From UHGV virus genome UHGV-2015158: a DNA stretch of 19,940 nt; one strand, given 5' to 3'. Of the stretch, positions 1-8,089 are shown piece after piece; within the stretch, counting starts at the first letter, position 1, and every line of letters begins with the position of its first letter. Under the pieces are notes generated by a model. The model saw only the letters and a list, made by a program, of their open reading frames with translations. It did not search any database and had not been told where the DNA came from. A program made the position numbers and the translations under genes. The stretch is from a virus.

Positions 1-203
1 TGAGGCAGCACCTGGCACGGCTGGGACGGAAGTCGCTGTCGTTCTCAAAATCGGTGGAGCTGCATGACAAAGTCATCGGGCATTATCTGAACATAAAACA
101 CTATCAATAAGTTGGAGTCATTACCCATGGCAGGTACATCTCTTGACTGGTCATAGAGATAAATTTAATGCTGAGAAATGCAGTATTGAATTTATCAATT
201 TTT

Positions 204-443
204 CTATTTCCTGCGTATGGCACGTAACTTCTTAATGTGTTCTGCCGTTTCGATCTCTTCTGCTATCCGATCTGCATCAGCTTTATTCACAGGTTCAAAG
301 TCATGATTAAAGCGGAACATGCTGGCGATACATGTTCTGCCTTTTCGGATGTAGTGAACTTTGTTGTAGGTAGAACGCAGGATTTTGCAGGGAGTGCCGT
401 GGTGGTCGACGTACCAGGTGTTAGGAAAAATGATTCTGAGCAT
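204..443 (-). CDS. hypothetical small early-left protein
   Basis: 79-aa ORF co-oriented with the exo-bet operon; no motif recognised by eye. Confidence 0.35.
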   Translation of the reverse strand: MLRIIFPNTWYVDHHGTPCKILRSTYNKVHYIRKGRTCIASMFRFNHDFEPVNKADADRIAEEIETAEHIKKLRAIRRK

Positions 444-490
444 TTTTACACCTCAGTTGGACGATGTTGAAATTTGCTGCTTTGAGGCCA

Positions 491-709
491 TCACAATCCC
501 CATTGTTTGTTCTTAAGTTCGATCTCCTCCTGGCAACTTGCACAAGTCCGACAACCCTGAACGACCAGGCGTCTTCGCTCATCTATCGGATCGCCACACT
601 CACAACAATGAGTGGCAGATACAGTCTGGTAGTTCAGACGACGCATTTTTATTGCTGTATTGCGCTGTAATTCTTCGATTTCTGATGCTGAATCAATGAT
701 GTCTGCCAT
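491..709 (-). CDS. TraR/DksA-family C4 zinc-finger protein
   Basis: 72 aa with paired Cys motifs (CCECG ... CRTCASC) typical of small phage TraR-like proteins; same orientation as the PL operon. Confidence 0.6.
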   Translation of the reverse strand: MADIIDSASEIEELQRNTAIKMRRLNYQTVSATHCCECGDPIDERRRLVVQGCRTCASCQEEIELKNKQWGL

Positions 710-761
710 CTTCCATTAATCCCTGAATTGTTGGTTAATACGCTTGAGGGTGAATGCGAAT

Positions 762-785
762 AATAAAAAAGGAGCCTGTAGCTCC
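762..785 (-). terminator. putative intrinsic terminator
   Basis: Hairpin GGAGCCTGTAGCTCC (771-785) followed on the minus strand by a U-tract (A-run 762-770 on plus), just downstream of the 808..1107 ORF. Confidence 0.35.
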
Positions 786-807
786 CTGATGATTTTGCTT
801 TTCATGT

Positions 808-1107
808 TCATCGCTCCTTAAAGACGCCGTTTAACATGCCGATCGCCAGGCTTAAATGAGTCGGTGTGAATCCCATCAGCGTTACCGTTTCGCGGTGCTT
901 CTTCAGTACGCTACGGCAAATGTCATCGACGTTTTTATCCGGAAACTGCTGTCTGGCTTTTTTGATTTCAGAGTTAGCTTGACGGGCAATGCTGCGAAGG
1001 GCGTTTTTCTGCTGAGGTGTCACTGAACAAGCCCCATGCCGGAAAGCATAAGCACACAGAATATGAAGCCCGCCGCCAGAAAAATGCATTCTGTTGTTGT
1101 CATGCAA
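808..1107 (-). CDS. hypothetical protein
   Basis: 99-aa ORF (real start may be the internal Met, MHFSGGG...); overlaps the stop of the next ORF by 8 nt; no family recognised. Confidence 0.4.
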   Translation of the reverse strand: MHDNNRMHFSGGGLHILCAYAFRHGACSVTPQQKNALRSIARQANSEIKKARQQFPDKNVDDICRSVLKKHRETVTLMGFTPTHLSLAIGMLNGVFKER

Positions 1108-1291
1108 GCTCTCTCTCGTTTGCCTCTGCTTTCGCCGCCATCATTTCCAGCTTTTGTGAAAGGGATGCGGCTAACGTATGAAATTCTTCGTCTGTTTCTG
1201 CTGGTATTGGCACAAACCTGACTCCAATTTGAGCAAGGCTATGTGCCATCTCAATGCTCGTTCTTAACTCAACAGGAGATGCTTTGTGCAT
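1100..1291 (-). CDS. lambda orf60a-like small protein
   Basis: 63-aa ORF, same length and position relative to exo as lambda orf60a; assignment from memory, not searched. Confidence 0.45.
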   Translation of the reverse strand: MHKASPVELRTSIEMAHSLAQIGVRFVPIPAETDEEFHTLAASLSQKLEMMAAKAEANERELA

Positions 1292-1452
1292 ACAGCCCCT
1301 CGTTTATTATTTATCTCCTCAGCCAGCCGCTGGGCTTTCAGTGGATTTTGGATAACAGAAAGGCCGGGAAATACCCAGCCTCGCTTTGTAACGGAGTAGA
1401 CGAAAGTGATCGCGCCTACCCGGATATTATCGTGAGGATGCGTCATCGCCAT
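1264..1452 (-). CDS. lambda orf61-like small protein
   Basis: 62-aa ORF immediately downstream of exo and overlapping its stop, as orf61 does in lambda. Confidence 0.4.
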   Translation of the reverse strand: MAMTHPHDNIRVGAITFVYSVTKRGWVFPGLSVIQNPLKAQRLAEEINNKRGAVCTKHLLLS

Positions 1453-2123
1453 TGCTCCCCAAATACAAAACCAATTTCAGCCAGTGCCTCGTCCATTTTT
1501 TCGATGAACTCCGGCACCATCTCGTCAAAACTCGCCATGTACTTTTCATCCCGCTCAACCACGACATAATGCAGTCCTTCACGCTTCATACGCGGGTCAT
1601 AGTTGGCAAAGTACCAGGCATCTTTTCGTGTCACCCACATGCTGTACTGCACCTGGGCCATGTAAGCCGACTTTATGGCCTCGAAACCACCGAGCCGGAA
1701 CTTCATGAAATCCCGGGAGGTAAACGGGCATTTCAGCTCAAGGCCATTGCCGTCACTGCATAAACCATCGGGAGAGCAGGCGGTGCGCATACTTTCGTCG
1801 CGATAGATGATCGGGGATTCAGTAACATTCACGCCGGAAGTGAATTCAAACAGAGTTCTGGCGTCGTTCTCGTACTGTTTTCCCCAGGCCAGCGCCTTAG
1901 CATTAACTTCCGGAGCCACACCGGTGCAAACCTCAGCCAGCAGGGTGTGGAAGTAGGACATTTTCATGTCAGGCCACTTCTTTCCTGAGCGGGGCTTTGC
2001 TATCACGTTGTGAACTTCTGAAGCGGTGATGACGCCGAGCCGTAATTTGTGCCATGCATCATCCCCCTGTTCGACAGCTCTCACGTCGATCCCGGTACGC
2101 TGCAGGATAATGTCCGGTGTCAT
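1443..2123 (-). CDS. exo: lambda exonuclease (Red-alpha)
   Basis: 226 aa, begins [37 protein letters not shown]; full-length match to remembered lambda Exo; 4-nt overlap with bet. Confidence 0.95.
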   Translation of the reverse strand: MTPDIILQRTGIDVRAVEQGDDAWHKLRLGVITASEVHNVIAKPRSGKKWPDMKMSYFHTLLAEVCTGVAPEVNAKALAWGKQYENDARTLFEFTSGVNVTESPIIYRDESMRTACSPDGLCSDGNGLELKCPFTSRDFMKFRLGGFEAIKSAYMAQVQYSMWVTRKDAWYFANYDPRMKREGLHYVVVERDEKYMASFDEMVPEFIEKMDEALAEIGFVFGEQWR

Positions 2124-2905
2124 GCTGCCACCTTCTGCTCAGTGGCTTTCTGTTTCAGGAATCCAAGAGCTTTCACTGCTTCGGCCTGTGTCAGTTCTGA
2201 CGATGCGCGAATGTCGCGGCGAAATATCTGGGAACAGAGCGGCAATAAGTCGTCATCCCATGTTTTATCCAGGGCGATCAGCAGAGTGTTAATCTCCTGC
2301 ATGGTTTCATCGTTAACCGGAGTGATGTCGCGTTCCGGCTGACGTTCTGCAGTGTATGCGGTATTTTCGACAATGCGCTCGGCTTCATCCTTGTCATAGA
2401 TACCAGCAAATCCGAAGGCCAGACGGGCACACTGAATCATGGCTTTATGACGTAACATCCGTTTGGGATGCGACTGCCACGGTCCGGTGATTTCTCTGCC
2501 TTCGCGGGTTTTGAATGGTTCGCGGCGGCATTCATCCATCCACTCGGTAACGCAGATCGGATGATTGCGGTCCTTGCGGTAAATCCGGCATGTGCAGGAT
2601 TCATTGTCCTGCTCAAAGTCCATACCATCAAACTGCTGGTTTTCATTGATGATGCGGGACCAGCCATCAACGCCCACCACCGGAACGATGCCATTCTGCT
2701 TATCAGGAAAGGCGTAAATTTCTTTCGTCCATGGATTAAGGCCGTACTGGTTGGCAACGATCAGTAATGCGATGAACTGCGCATCGCTGGCATCACCTTT
2801 AAATGCCGTCTGGCGAAGAGTGGTGATCAGTTCCTGTGGGTCGACAGAATCCATGCCGACACGTTCAGCCAGCTTCCCTGCCAGCGTTGCGAGTGCTGTA
2901 CTCAT
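2120..2905 (-). CDS. bet: single-strand annealing recombinase Bet (Red-beta)
   Basis: 261 aa, begins [59 protein letters not shown]; lambda Bet length and sequence. Confidence 0.95.
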   Translation of the reverse strand: MSTALATLAGKLAERVGMDSVDPQELITTLRQTAFKGDASDAQFIALLIVANQYGLNPWTKEIYAFPDKQNGIVPVVGVDGWSRIINENQQFDGMDFEQDNESCTCRIYRKDRNHPICVTEWMDECRREPFKTREGREITGPWQSHPKRMLRHKAMIQCARLAFGFAGIYDKDEAERIVENTAYTAERQPERDITPVNDETMQEINTLLIALDKTWDDDLLPLCSQIFRRDIRASSELTQAEAVKALGFLKQKATEQKVAA

Positions 2906-2910
2906 CCGTT

Positions 2911-3327
2911 TTATACCTCTGAATCAATATCAACCTGGTGGTGAGCAATGGTTTCAACCATGTACCGGATGTGTTCTGCCATGCGCTCCTGAAACTCAAC
3001 ATCGTCATCAAACGCACGGGTAATGGCTTTTTTGCTGGCCCCGTGGCGTTGCAAATGATCGATGCATAGCGATTCAAACAGGTGCTGGGGCAGGCCTTTT
3101 TCCATGTCGTCTGCCAGTTCTGCCTCTTTCTCTTCACGGGCGATCTGCTGGTAGTGACGCGCCCAGCTCTGAGCCTCAAGACGATCCTGAATGTAATAAG
3201 CGTTCATGGCTGAACTCCTGAAATAGCTGTGAAAATATCGCCCGCGAAATGCCGGGCTGATTAGGAAAACAGGAAAGGGGGTTAGTGAATGCTTTTGCTT
3301 GATCTCAGTTTCAGTATTAATATCCAT
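2911..3327 (-). CDS. gam: Gam, RecBCD inhibitor (long form)
   Basis: 138 aa, begins [36 protein letters not shown]; matches lambda Gam. Confidence 0.95.
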   Translation of the reverse strand: MDINTETEIKQKHSLTPFPVFLISPAFRGRYFHSYFRSSAMNAYYIQDRLEAQSWARHYQQIAREEKEAELADDMEKGLPQHLFESLCIDHLQRHGASKKAITRAFDDDVEFQERMAEHIRYMVETIAHHQVDIDSEV

Positions 3328-3425
3328 TTTTTATAAGCGTCGACGGCCTCACGAAACATCTTTTCATCGCCAATAAAAGTGGCGATAGTGAATTTAGTCT
3401 GGATAGCCATAAGTGTTTGATCCAT
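3282..3425 (-). CDS. kil: Kil host-killing (FtsZ-inhibiting) protein
   Basis: 47 aa starting at the internal Met of ORF 3282..3551 ([47 protein letters not shown]); matches lambda Kil. Confidence 0.85.
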   Translation of the reverse strand: MDQTLMAIQTKFTIATFIGDEKMFREAVDAYKKWILILKLRSSKSIH

Positions 3426-3558
3426 TTTTTGGGACTCCTGGCTGATTAAGTATGTCGATAAGGCGTTTCCATCCGTCACGTAATTTACGGGTGATTCGTT
3501 CAAGTAAAGATTCGGAAGGGCAGCCAGCAACAGGCCACCCTGCAATGGCATATTGCAT
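3394..3558 (-). CDS. cIII: CIII, FtsH inhibitor / CII stabiliser
   Basis: Hand-translated 54-aa ORF (below the track cutoff): [54 protein letters not shown]; overlaps kil by 32 nt as in lambda. Confidence 0.85.
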   Translation of the reverse strand: MQYAIAGWPVAGCPSESLLERITRKLRDGWKRLIDILNQPGVPKNGSNTYGYPD

Positions 3559-3630
3559 GGTGTGCTCCTTATTTATACATAACGAAAAACGCCTCGAGTG
3601 AAGCGTTATTGGTATGCGGTAACGCCGCGC

Positions 3631-3999
3631 TCAGGCGGCTTTGATAGTCATATCATCTGAATCAAATATTCCTGATGTATCGATATCGGTAATTCTTATT
3701 CCTTCGCTACCATCCATTGGAGGCCATCCTTCCTGACCATTTCCATCATTCCAGTCGAACTCACACACAACACCATATGCATTTAAGTCGCTTGAAATTG
3801 CTATAAGCAGAGCATGTTGCGCCAGCATGATTAATACAGCATTTAATACAGAGCCGTGTTTATTGAGTCGGTATTCAGAGTCTGACCAGAAATTATTAAT
3901 CTGGTGAAGTTTTTCCTCTGTCATTACGTCATGGTCGATTTCAATTTCTATTGATGCTTTCCAGTCGTAATCAATGATGTATTTTTTGATGTTTGACAT
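3631..3999 (-). CDS. ea10: Ea10 early protein
   Basis: 122 aa, begins MSNIKKYIIDYDWKASIEIEIDHDVMTEEKLHQINNFWSDSEYRL; same length and spacing from cIII as in lambda. Confidence 0.85.
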   Translation of the reverse strand: MSNIKKYIIDYDWKASIEIEIDHDVMTEEKLHQINNFWSDSEYRLNKHGSVLNAVLIMLAQHALLIAISSDLNAYGVVCEFDWNDGNGQEGWPPMDGSEGIRITDIDTSGIFDSDDMTIKAA

Positions 4000-4017
4000 C
4001 TATTCATATCCTCACAG

Positions 4018-4045
4018 ATAAAAAATCGCCCTCACATTGGAGGGC
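4018..4045 (-). terminator. putative intrinsic terminator (tL2-like)
   Basis: Hairpin GCCCTC-acattg-GAGGGC (4028-4045) followed on the minus strand by a U-tract (A-run 4018-4026 on plus); would be read through by N-modified RNAP. Confidence 0.4.
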
Positions 4046-4259
4046 AAAGAAGATTTCCAATAATCAGAACAAGTCGGCTCCTGTTTAGTTACGAGCGACA
4101 TTGCTCAGTGTATTCACTCGTTGGAATGAATACACAGTGCAGTGTTTATTAGTATGCCTGTCTTTTAACCACATCAGGCTCGGTGGTTCTCGTGTACCCC
4201 TACAGCGAGAAATCGGATAAACTCTATTCACCCCTACAGAGAGCAAAAGAGAAACGCCG

Positions 4260-4841
4260 ATGAACAACTCATGGTGGCAGGAACTAATGCATTTTTTCCT
4301 GCAAGGAATGACACTTAAACAGTTGATTCATATGCTAATCATCCTGATCATATTGATTATTGTTATGCCTGTAAGCGTAAAAGAATGGATAAACCTGCAT
4401 AATCCAGAAATCCTTCCTCATTACTGGATGTATTACATCCTGTTGTTTTGCGTTAGCTATGTGCTTAACGGCGTTGTTAATTCCGCTTATCACGCTGTGA
4501 CTGTAAGAATTGAGATATTCGCTGCTCAGAAGCGCAAATCTAAAGAAGAGAAATACGTGCAAGATTTGTTTGATTCGTTAACTCTTGGAGAAAGAGCGTA
4601 TTTGGCATTCGCTGTAGCCGCTAATAACCAGCTAAAGACAGAAAAGGGAAGCCCTGAAGCAATCTCATTGCTCGAAAAAGGGCTTCTTATTCGGGTACCT
4701 TCTGCTACTGGATATCCTGAAATCGACCGTTTTGTTATCCCGGAACGCTATAGAAATGAGTGCTACATTAGGTTTGCTGGGAAGAAAGACAGTCTTATGG
4801 ATGAACTTATCGCTCAGGATAAGCATGGCAAAAACAAGTAA
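4260..4841 (+). CDS. sieB: superinfection exclusion protein B
   Basis: 193 aa, begins MNNSWWQELMHFFLQGMTLKQLIHMLIILIILIIVMPVSVKEW with hydrophobic N-terminus; matches remembered lambda SieB; convergent with N. Confidence 0.85.
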   Translation: MNNSWWQELMHFFLQGMTLKQLIHMLIILIILIIVMPVSVKEWINLHNPEILPHYWMYYILLFCVSYVLNGVVNSAYHAVTVRIEIFAAQKRKSKEEKYVQDLFDSLTLGERAYLAFAVAANNQLKTEKGSPEAISLLEKGLLIRVPSATGYPEIDRFVIPERYRNECYIRFAGKKDSLMDELIAQDKHGKNK

Positions 4842-4857
4842 TTAGCAAATGAATTTA

Positions 4858-5169
4858 TCATCTCGCCGTCAGTTGTTTTGATTTCCGGTAGCCTGCCGCG
4901 TAAATAGCTACGTTTGGCAGGCAAACACTTCCACTGCATTCATCTACTTTCTTGCAGCGAAGGCTTCCGAGTGATATTGCTTTTTCAGAAAGGCTTAACC
5001 GCTTTCTCGGGTCTTCCTGAACAGGTTCCTCACTGTCTGTGCCGAAGATCGAATCGATGATGTTGCAGATGGAATCACGCTCGATGGCCAGCTTTCTGCG
5101 CCGCTCATGACGGCGAGTTTTGGCATTTCCTGCAAATGTTGATTTTCCGTACACGATTACCGTCATGAT
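4858..5169 (-). CDS. N: N-type antiterminator (P22 gene 24-like)
   Basis: 103 aa from the internal Met of ORF 4858..5250 (MTVIVYGKSTFAGNAKTRRHERRRKLAIERD); arginine-rich RNA-binding motif as in P22 N, unlike lambda N. Confidence 0.8.
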   Translation of the reverse strand: MMTVIVYGKSTFAGNAKTRRHERRRKLAIERDSICNIIDSIFGTDSEEPVQEDPRKRLSLSEKAISLGSLRCKKVDECSGSVCLPNVAIYAAGYRKSKQLTAR

Positions 5170-5284
5170 GTTTTCCTCATGTGAAATGGCTTTGGTGGTG
5201 ATGCGCCAGATGCTGATCTTCTGGTTGCTGTCGTTACTGCTGCAATTCACATCACCCCAAACCCATCTCGTTTGGTATCTGTTC

Positions 5285-5319
5285 GCGCTTTGTCAGCGCA
5301 TCATCGAAGTTAAAGAGCC
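5285..5319 (-). promoter_or_regulatory. nutL site (boxA + boxB)
   Basis: On the minus strand, boxB GCGCU-GACAA-AGCGC (5285-5299) with the P22-type GACAA pentaloop, preceded by boxA-like GCTCTTTAAC (5309-5318). PL/OL must lie just upstream (about 5330-5420, contains TATAAT at 5365-5370) but were not resolved. Confidence 0.6.
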
Positions 5320-5572
5320 TGCCAATCTGTTCCGTTTGGCTGCCAGCGTCCTGCTGATGGCGATTATAATGAACCAATAGTTCGATATTATCAAGAACTA
5401 TAAGTACGAATTGTTTGTGGTTCATTAACTTAATGAGATATGTTTTTGATATGTAAAGGAATTTATTTTTGTAAAGATTGAAGATTGGTCAGTAGGAGAG
5501 AAAGAATTGTTTGCTGGCGTGTTAGTTCGTGGGTTAGCACATGTGCGGATGTTAAATAAGGTAGACGATCGT

Positions 5573-5602
5573 GAGGAAAAGAAAAACCGGCGCTGAGGCC
5601 GG
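5573..5602 (-). terminator. intrinsic terminator after the immunity-region transcript
   Basis: Hairpin CCGGC-gctgag-GCCGG (5587-5602) followed on the minus strand by a U-tract (A-run 5573-5586 on plus), within 35 nt of the 5609..6508 stop; positionally like lambda t-imm. Confidence 0.5.
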
Positions 5603-5608
5603 GTATAA

Positions 5609-6508
5609 TTATTTGATTATTTCTTTTATAAAGACTTCTTTCGGTTGGTATTTTTTATCTGATGATTTGAGCTGGTACGTTATTGTTATATCAGCACGTA
5701 CAGAAAATTTACCTGCAAAATCTGATGGGTTTACGTTGGGGCCAAGAACCATATTTACTCTTCGATCTATTAATCCAGGGATAACAGCAGCCCAACCTTT
5801 CTCTGGATTGTCGAGGTCTAATGCACGGATTTCAACATCAACATCAAAATGATCCTGAGTATATGACTCTGGTGTGAAGACAACTTCAGTTGGGGCTTTT
5901 TTAATGGTTTCAGCGGGAATGGTCACTGTACCACCCCCTGTACCTATGACCATCGTAGATCCTTCGTCTGCCCTAGCTGGGGCAAGCGTCTTAATGGAAC
6001 TTTTGGCAAGAGTCTTCTTATTGGTTACCGTGCTTTCTATGATTGCTTGAAGACGGTCAGGTGAAATATTAGCCTCACCGGCACCAATATTGATGATTGT
6101 ATTGTTATTTGCTTCAAAGTGGGAGGTGTTGCTTGGAGCCATAGCCTTAGTTGCTAGAACTAAGCCATATCCAACCAGACCAATAACAACAGCACCAACG
6201 AGAGCGTTTCTCATTTTCCCATTTCCGATCTTTGCATGAGCGCCAGCAAGAAACTTGTCCATTTCTTCTTGGCTACCAAAGAGGAGTTTAATAACAATAT
6301 CTTCATAAAGGCTTCCTGCTTCTAATCGCGCAACATGCACCGATATATCAAGGATATTAGCCCCTGTCAGTTCCTGCAAAACACCTTCTGATTGTTTTGC
6401 GATGGCCTCCCACCCTTGAAGGGAGGTAATCACATCTTTGATGCTTACAGGTTCTTTAGTTGAATAATATATGTTTTCGGTAAAGGTTAAAGATAATTCT
6501 TGGGACAT
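5609..6508 (-). CDS. unrecognised 299-aa single-pass membrane protein in the rexAB slot
   Basis: Uninterrupted ORF with GAGGG RBS 5 nt before the ATG; one hydrophobic segment (residues about 101-124, NALVGAVVIGLVGYGLVLATKAMA, encoded about 6137-6208) preceded by K/R; AT-rich versus flanks; sits between cI and PL/N. No family recognised. Confidence 0.65.
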   Translation of the reverse strand: MSQELSLTFTENIYYSTKEPVSIKDVITSLQGWEAIAKQSEGVLQELTGANILDISVHVARLEAGSLYEDIVIKLLFGSQEEMDKFLAGAHAKIGNGKMRNALVGAVVIGLVGYGLVLATKAMAPSNTSHFEANNNTIINIGAGEANISPDRLQAIIESTVTNKKTLAKSSIKTLAPARADEGSTMVIGTGGGTVTIPAETIKKAPTEVVFTPESYTQDHFDVDVEIRALDLDNPEKGWAAVIPGLIDRRVNMVLGPNVNPSDFAGKFSVRADITITYQLKSSDKKYQPKEVFIKEIIK

Positions 6509-6637
6509 CCGAGCCCTCGCTGTTTCTTTCGATTTGCTGTGTTAAGCTAATATTTTAATATCCATGTTTCTGTTTGCTTGCAGTGTGTTTCTCACCACCA
6601 TCCAAACGTACTGGTTACTAGCTATGTGATGATGAAG

Positions 6638-7345
6638 TCATGAACTTTTCAGCCATTCCCTGGCCTCGATGTCATCTAGGTGGCGAGATTGCTTCAGAAT
6701 ACCAGCTACATACTCCACCTTTGCTACTTGATGATAAGGCAACGTTATTGGCCTGTGGTCTTGGTTGATGCTTGTAAATTGGTATTCTCCGTCTCTGTCA
6801 TAGCCAAGAACCTTGATCATGTTGTGCCCTTCAATGGTTCTGACAAACACCTCATCACCTGGGAATACTTTGGTGTTAGGCTCAATGAGTACATATTCTC
6901 CTGATTTTATTCTGGGCCACATGCTGTCTCCTTTTACACGAAGACCAAAGGCATCTGGATCATCGCTATAAATCTTGAGCCACCCATCGCGCTCTTCGGT
7001 CATCTCGATGGCACCATCAACACCAAGAATTGCCTCACCAACCACGCGCACTAACCCTTTTTTTAATTTGCCAACAATTGAAAAAGTATCTTCATCATTC
7101 GCTCCATTTAACGAAGTGCCGTGCTGAAGCCAAACAACATCAACGTTTAGAAATTTCGCAAGCGCATTCATTTTTTCCTGGCGTGGTAAAGACTCAGCAT
7201 TAAACCATTTGCTAACGCCTTTGGACGAAAGAGAAAGGGCACGGGCTATGGCCATTCCCCTACCATGTTCATCAAGACCAGCTTCTTTACAGGCTTGCGC
7301 TAGCCGCTGGGCGAATTCTTTGCGCACTTTTTCATTCTGAACCAT
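6638..7345 (-). CDS. cI: CI-type prophage repressor (HTH + S24 LexA-like peptidase domain)
   Basis: 235 aa; N-terminal HTH region and C-terminal autocleavage motif (VKGDSMWPRIKSGEYVLIEP); divergent from leftward-operon genes; not the lambda, 434 or P22 repressor sequence. Confidence 0.9.
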   Translation of the reverse strand: MVQNEKVRKEFAQRLAQACKEAGLDEHGRGMAIARALSLSSKGVSKWFNAESLPRQEKMNALAKFLNVDVVWLQHGTSLNGANDEDTFSIVGKLKKGLVRVVGEAILGVDGAIEMTEERDGWLKIYSDDPDAFGLRVKGDSMWPRIKSGEYVLIEPNTKVFPGDEVFVRTIEGHNMIKVLGYDRDGEYQFTSINQDHRPITLPYHQVAKVEYVAGILKQSRHLDDIEAREWLKSS

Positions 7346-7423
7346 GAGTACGATACTAAAGCACTTGCAAAAACTTTCAGTTCAACCATAATGCGTACTG
7401 AAAGTACGAAAAAGGACATTCCT
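7346..7423. promoter_or_regulatory. OR region (PRM/PR and operators) between cI and cro
   Basis: 78-bp divergent intergenic region; perfect 15-bp palindrome CGTACT-GAA-AGTACG at 7393-7407 and a further AGTACG half-site at 7347-7352; exact operator and promoter boundaries not resolved. Confidence 0.5.
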
Positions 7424-7651
7424 ATGCAAAATCTTGATGAGCCGATTAAAGGTGTCGGCATCCCTGAAGTTGCGAAGGCTTGTGGAGTTAGCGAAAGGGC
7501 TGTCTATAAGTGGCTCAAAAACGGCTTCCTCCCTAAGACTGAGTTTTTTGGGAAAACGAAATACGCATCAAAAATCGAAGAGATTTCTGGTGGCAAATAT
7601 CAAGCAAGCGAAATGCTTGAAATAAGCAAAAAGAACCTTCTGGCAGCATAA
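7424..7651 (+). CDS. cro: Cro-type repressor
   Basis: 75 aa from the second ATG of ORF 7391..7651 (MQNLDEPIKGVGIPEVAKACGVSERAVYKWLKNG), AAGGA RBS 7 nt upstream; HTH-like segment; first rightward gene. Confidence 0.8.
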   Translation: MQNLDEPIKGVGIPEVAKACGVSERAVYKWLKNGFLPKTEFFGKTKYASKIEEISGGKYQASEMLEISKKNLLAA

Positions 7652-7658
7652 GTAACAC

Positions 7659-7693
7659 CGCTCTTTATCAATCTGCACCGCCGACAACGCGGT
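7659..7693 (+). promoter_or_regulatory. nutR site (boxA + boxB)
   Basis: boxA CGCTCTTTA (7659-7667), 9-nt spacer, then stem-loop ACCGC-CGACAAC-GCGGT (7677-7693) carrying the same GACAA loop as nutL; lies between cro and cII. Confidence 0.6.
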
Positions 7694-7757
7694 AACTAAT
7701 TAAGAACTCATCGAAAGATGCGTATTAGTGATTATTTACCTATGGAAATAGTAAGAA

Positions 7758-8057
7758 ATGGAACAAACAAATTACAGCAAACTATCACAGCGCGACGTTG
7801 ATCGCGCAGAAACAGATTTACTTATCAACCTGTCAACGCTTACTCAGCGCGGTCTGGCAAAGATGATTGGCTGTCATGAATCGAAGATAAGCAGAACAGA
7901 CTGGAGGTTTATAGCTTCGGTCTTGTGTGCTTTTGGCATGGCATCAGACATCAGTCCGATTAGCAGAGCTTTTAAGTATGCGCTTGATGAAATCACCAAT
8001 AAAAAACGCCCGGTGTGCAAGACCGAGCGTTCTGAACAAATCCAGATGGAGTTCTGA
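7758..8057 (+). CDS. cII: CII transcriptional activator
   Basis: 99 aa; C-terminus ITNKKRPVCKTERSEQIQMEF matches the lambda CII C-terminus; position between cro and O. Confidence 0.85.
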   Translation: MEQTNYSKLSQRDVDRAETDLLINLSTLTQRGLAKMIGCHESKISRTDWRFIASVLCAFGMASDISPISRAFKYALDEITNKKRPVCKTERSEQIQMEF

Positions 8058-8079
8058 GGTCATTACTGGATCTATCAAC
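8003..8079 (-). ncRNA. oop: OOP antisense RNA (by position and terminator)
   Basis: The cII-O junction is lambda-like; minus-strand hairpin (8005-8031) plus U-tract inside the cII 3' end sits where the lambda oop terminator lies. Ends inferred from remembered lambda coordinates. Confidence 0.5.
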
Positions 8080-8089
8080 AGGAGTCATT

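Noticed and set aside
1-130. Partial ORF at the left window edge
   Set aside because: Both strands give short open frames reaching the window start (minus strand, about 25 codons from ATG at 76); too short and unrecognised to call.
2437-2767. Overlapping ORFs 2437..2757 (minus) and 2468..2767 (plus)
   Set aside because: Both fall inside bet in alternative frames or on the opposite strand; bet is a full-length match.
4085-4267. 60-aa minus-strand ORF in the position where lambda has ral
   Set aside because: Sequence does not resemble Ral, overlaps the sieB start and the direct-repeat region; more likely noncoding.
5571-5852. 93-aa plus-strand ORF
   Set aside because: Overlaps the terminator and 3' end of the better-supported minus-strand 299-aa gene; low-complexity translation.
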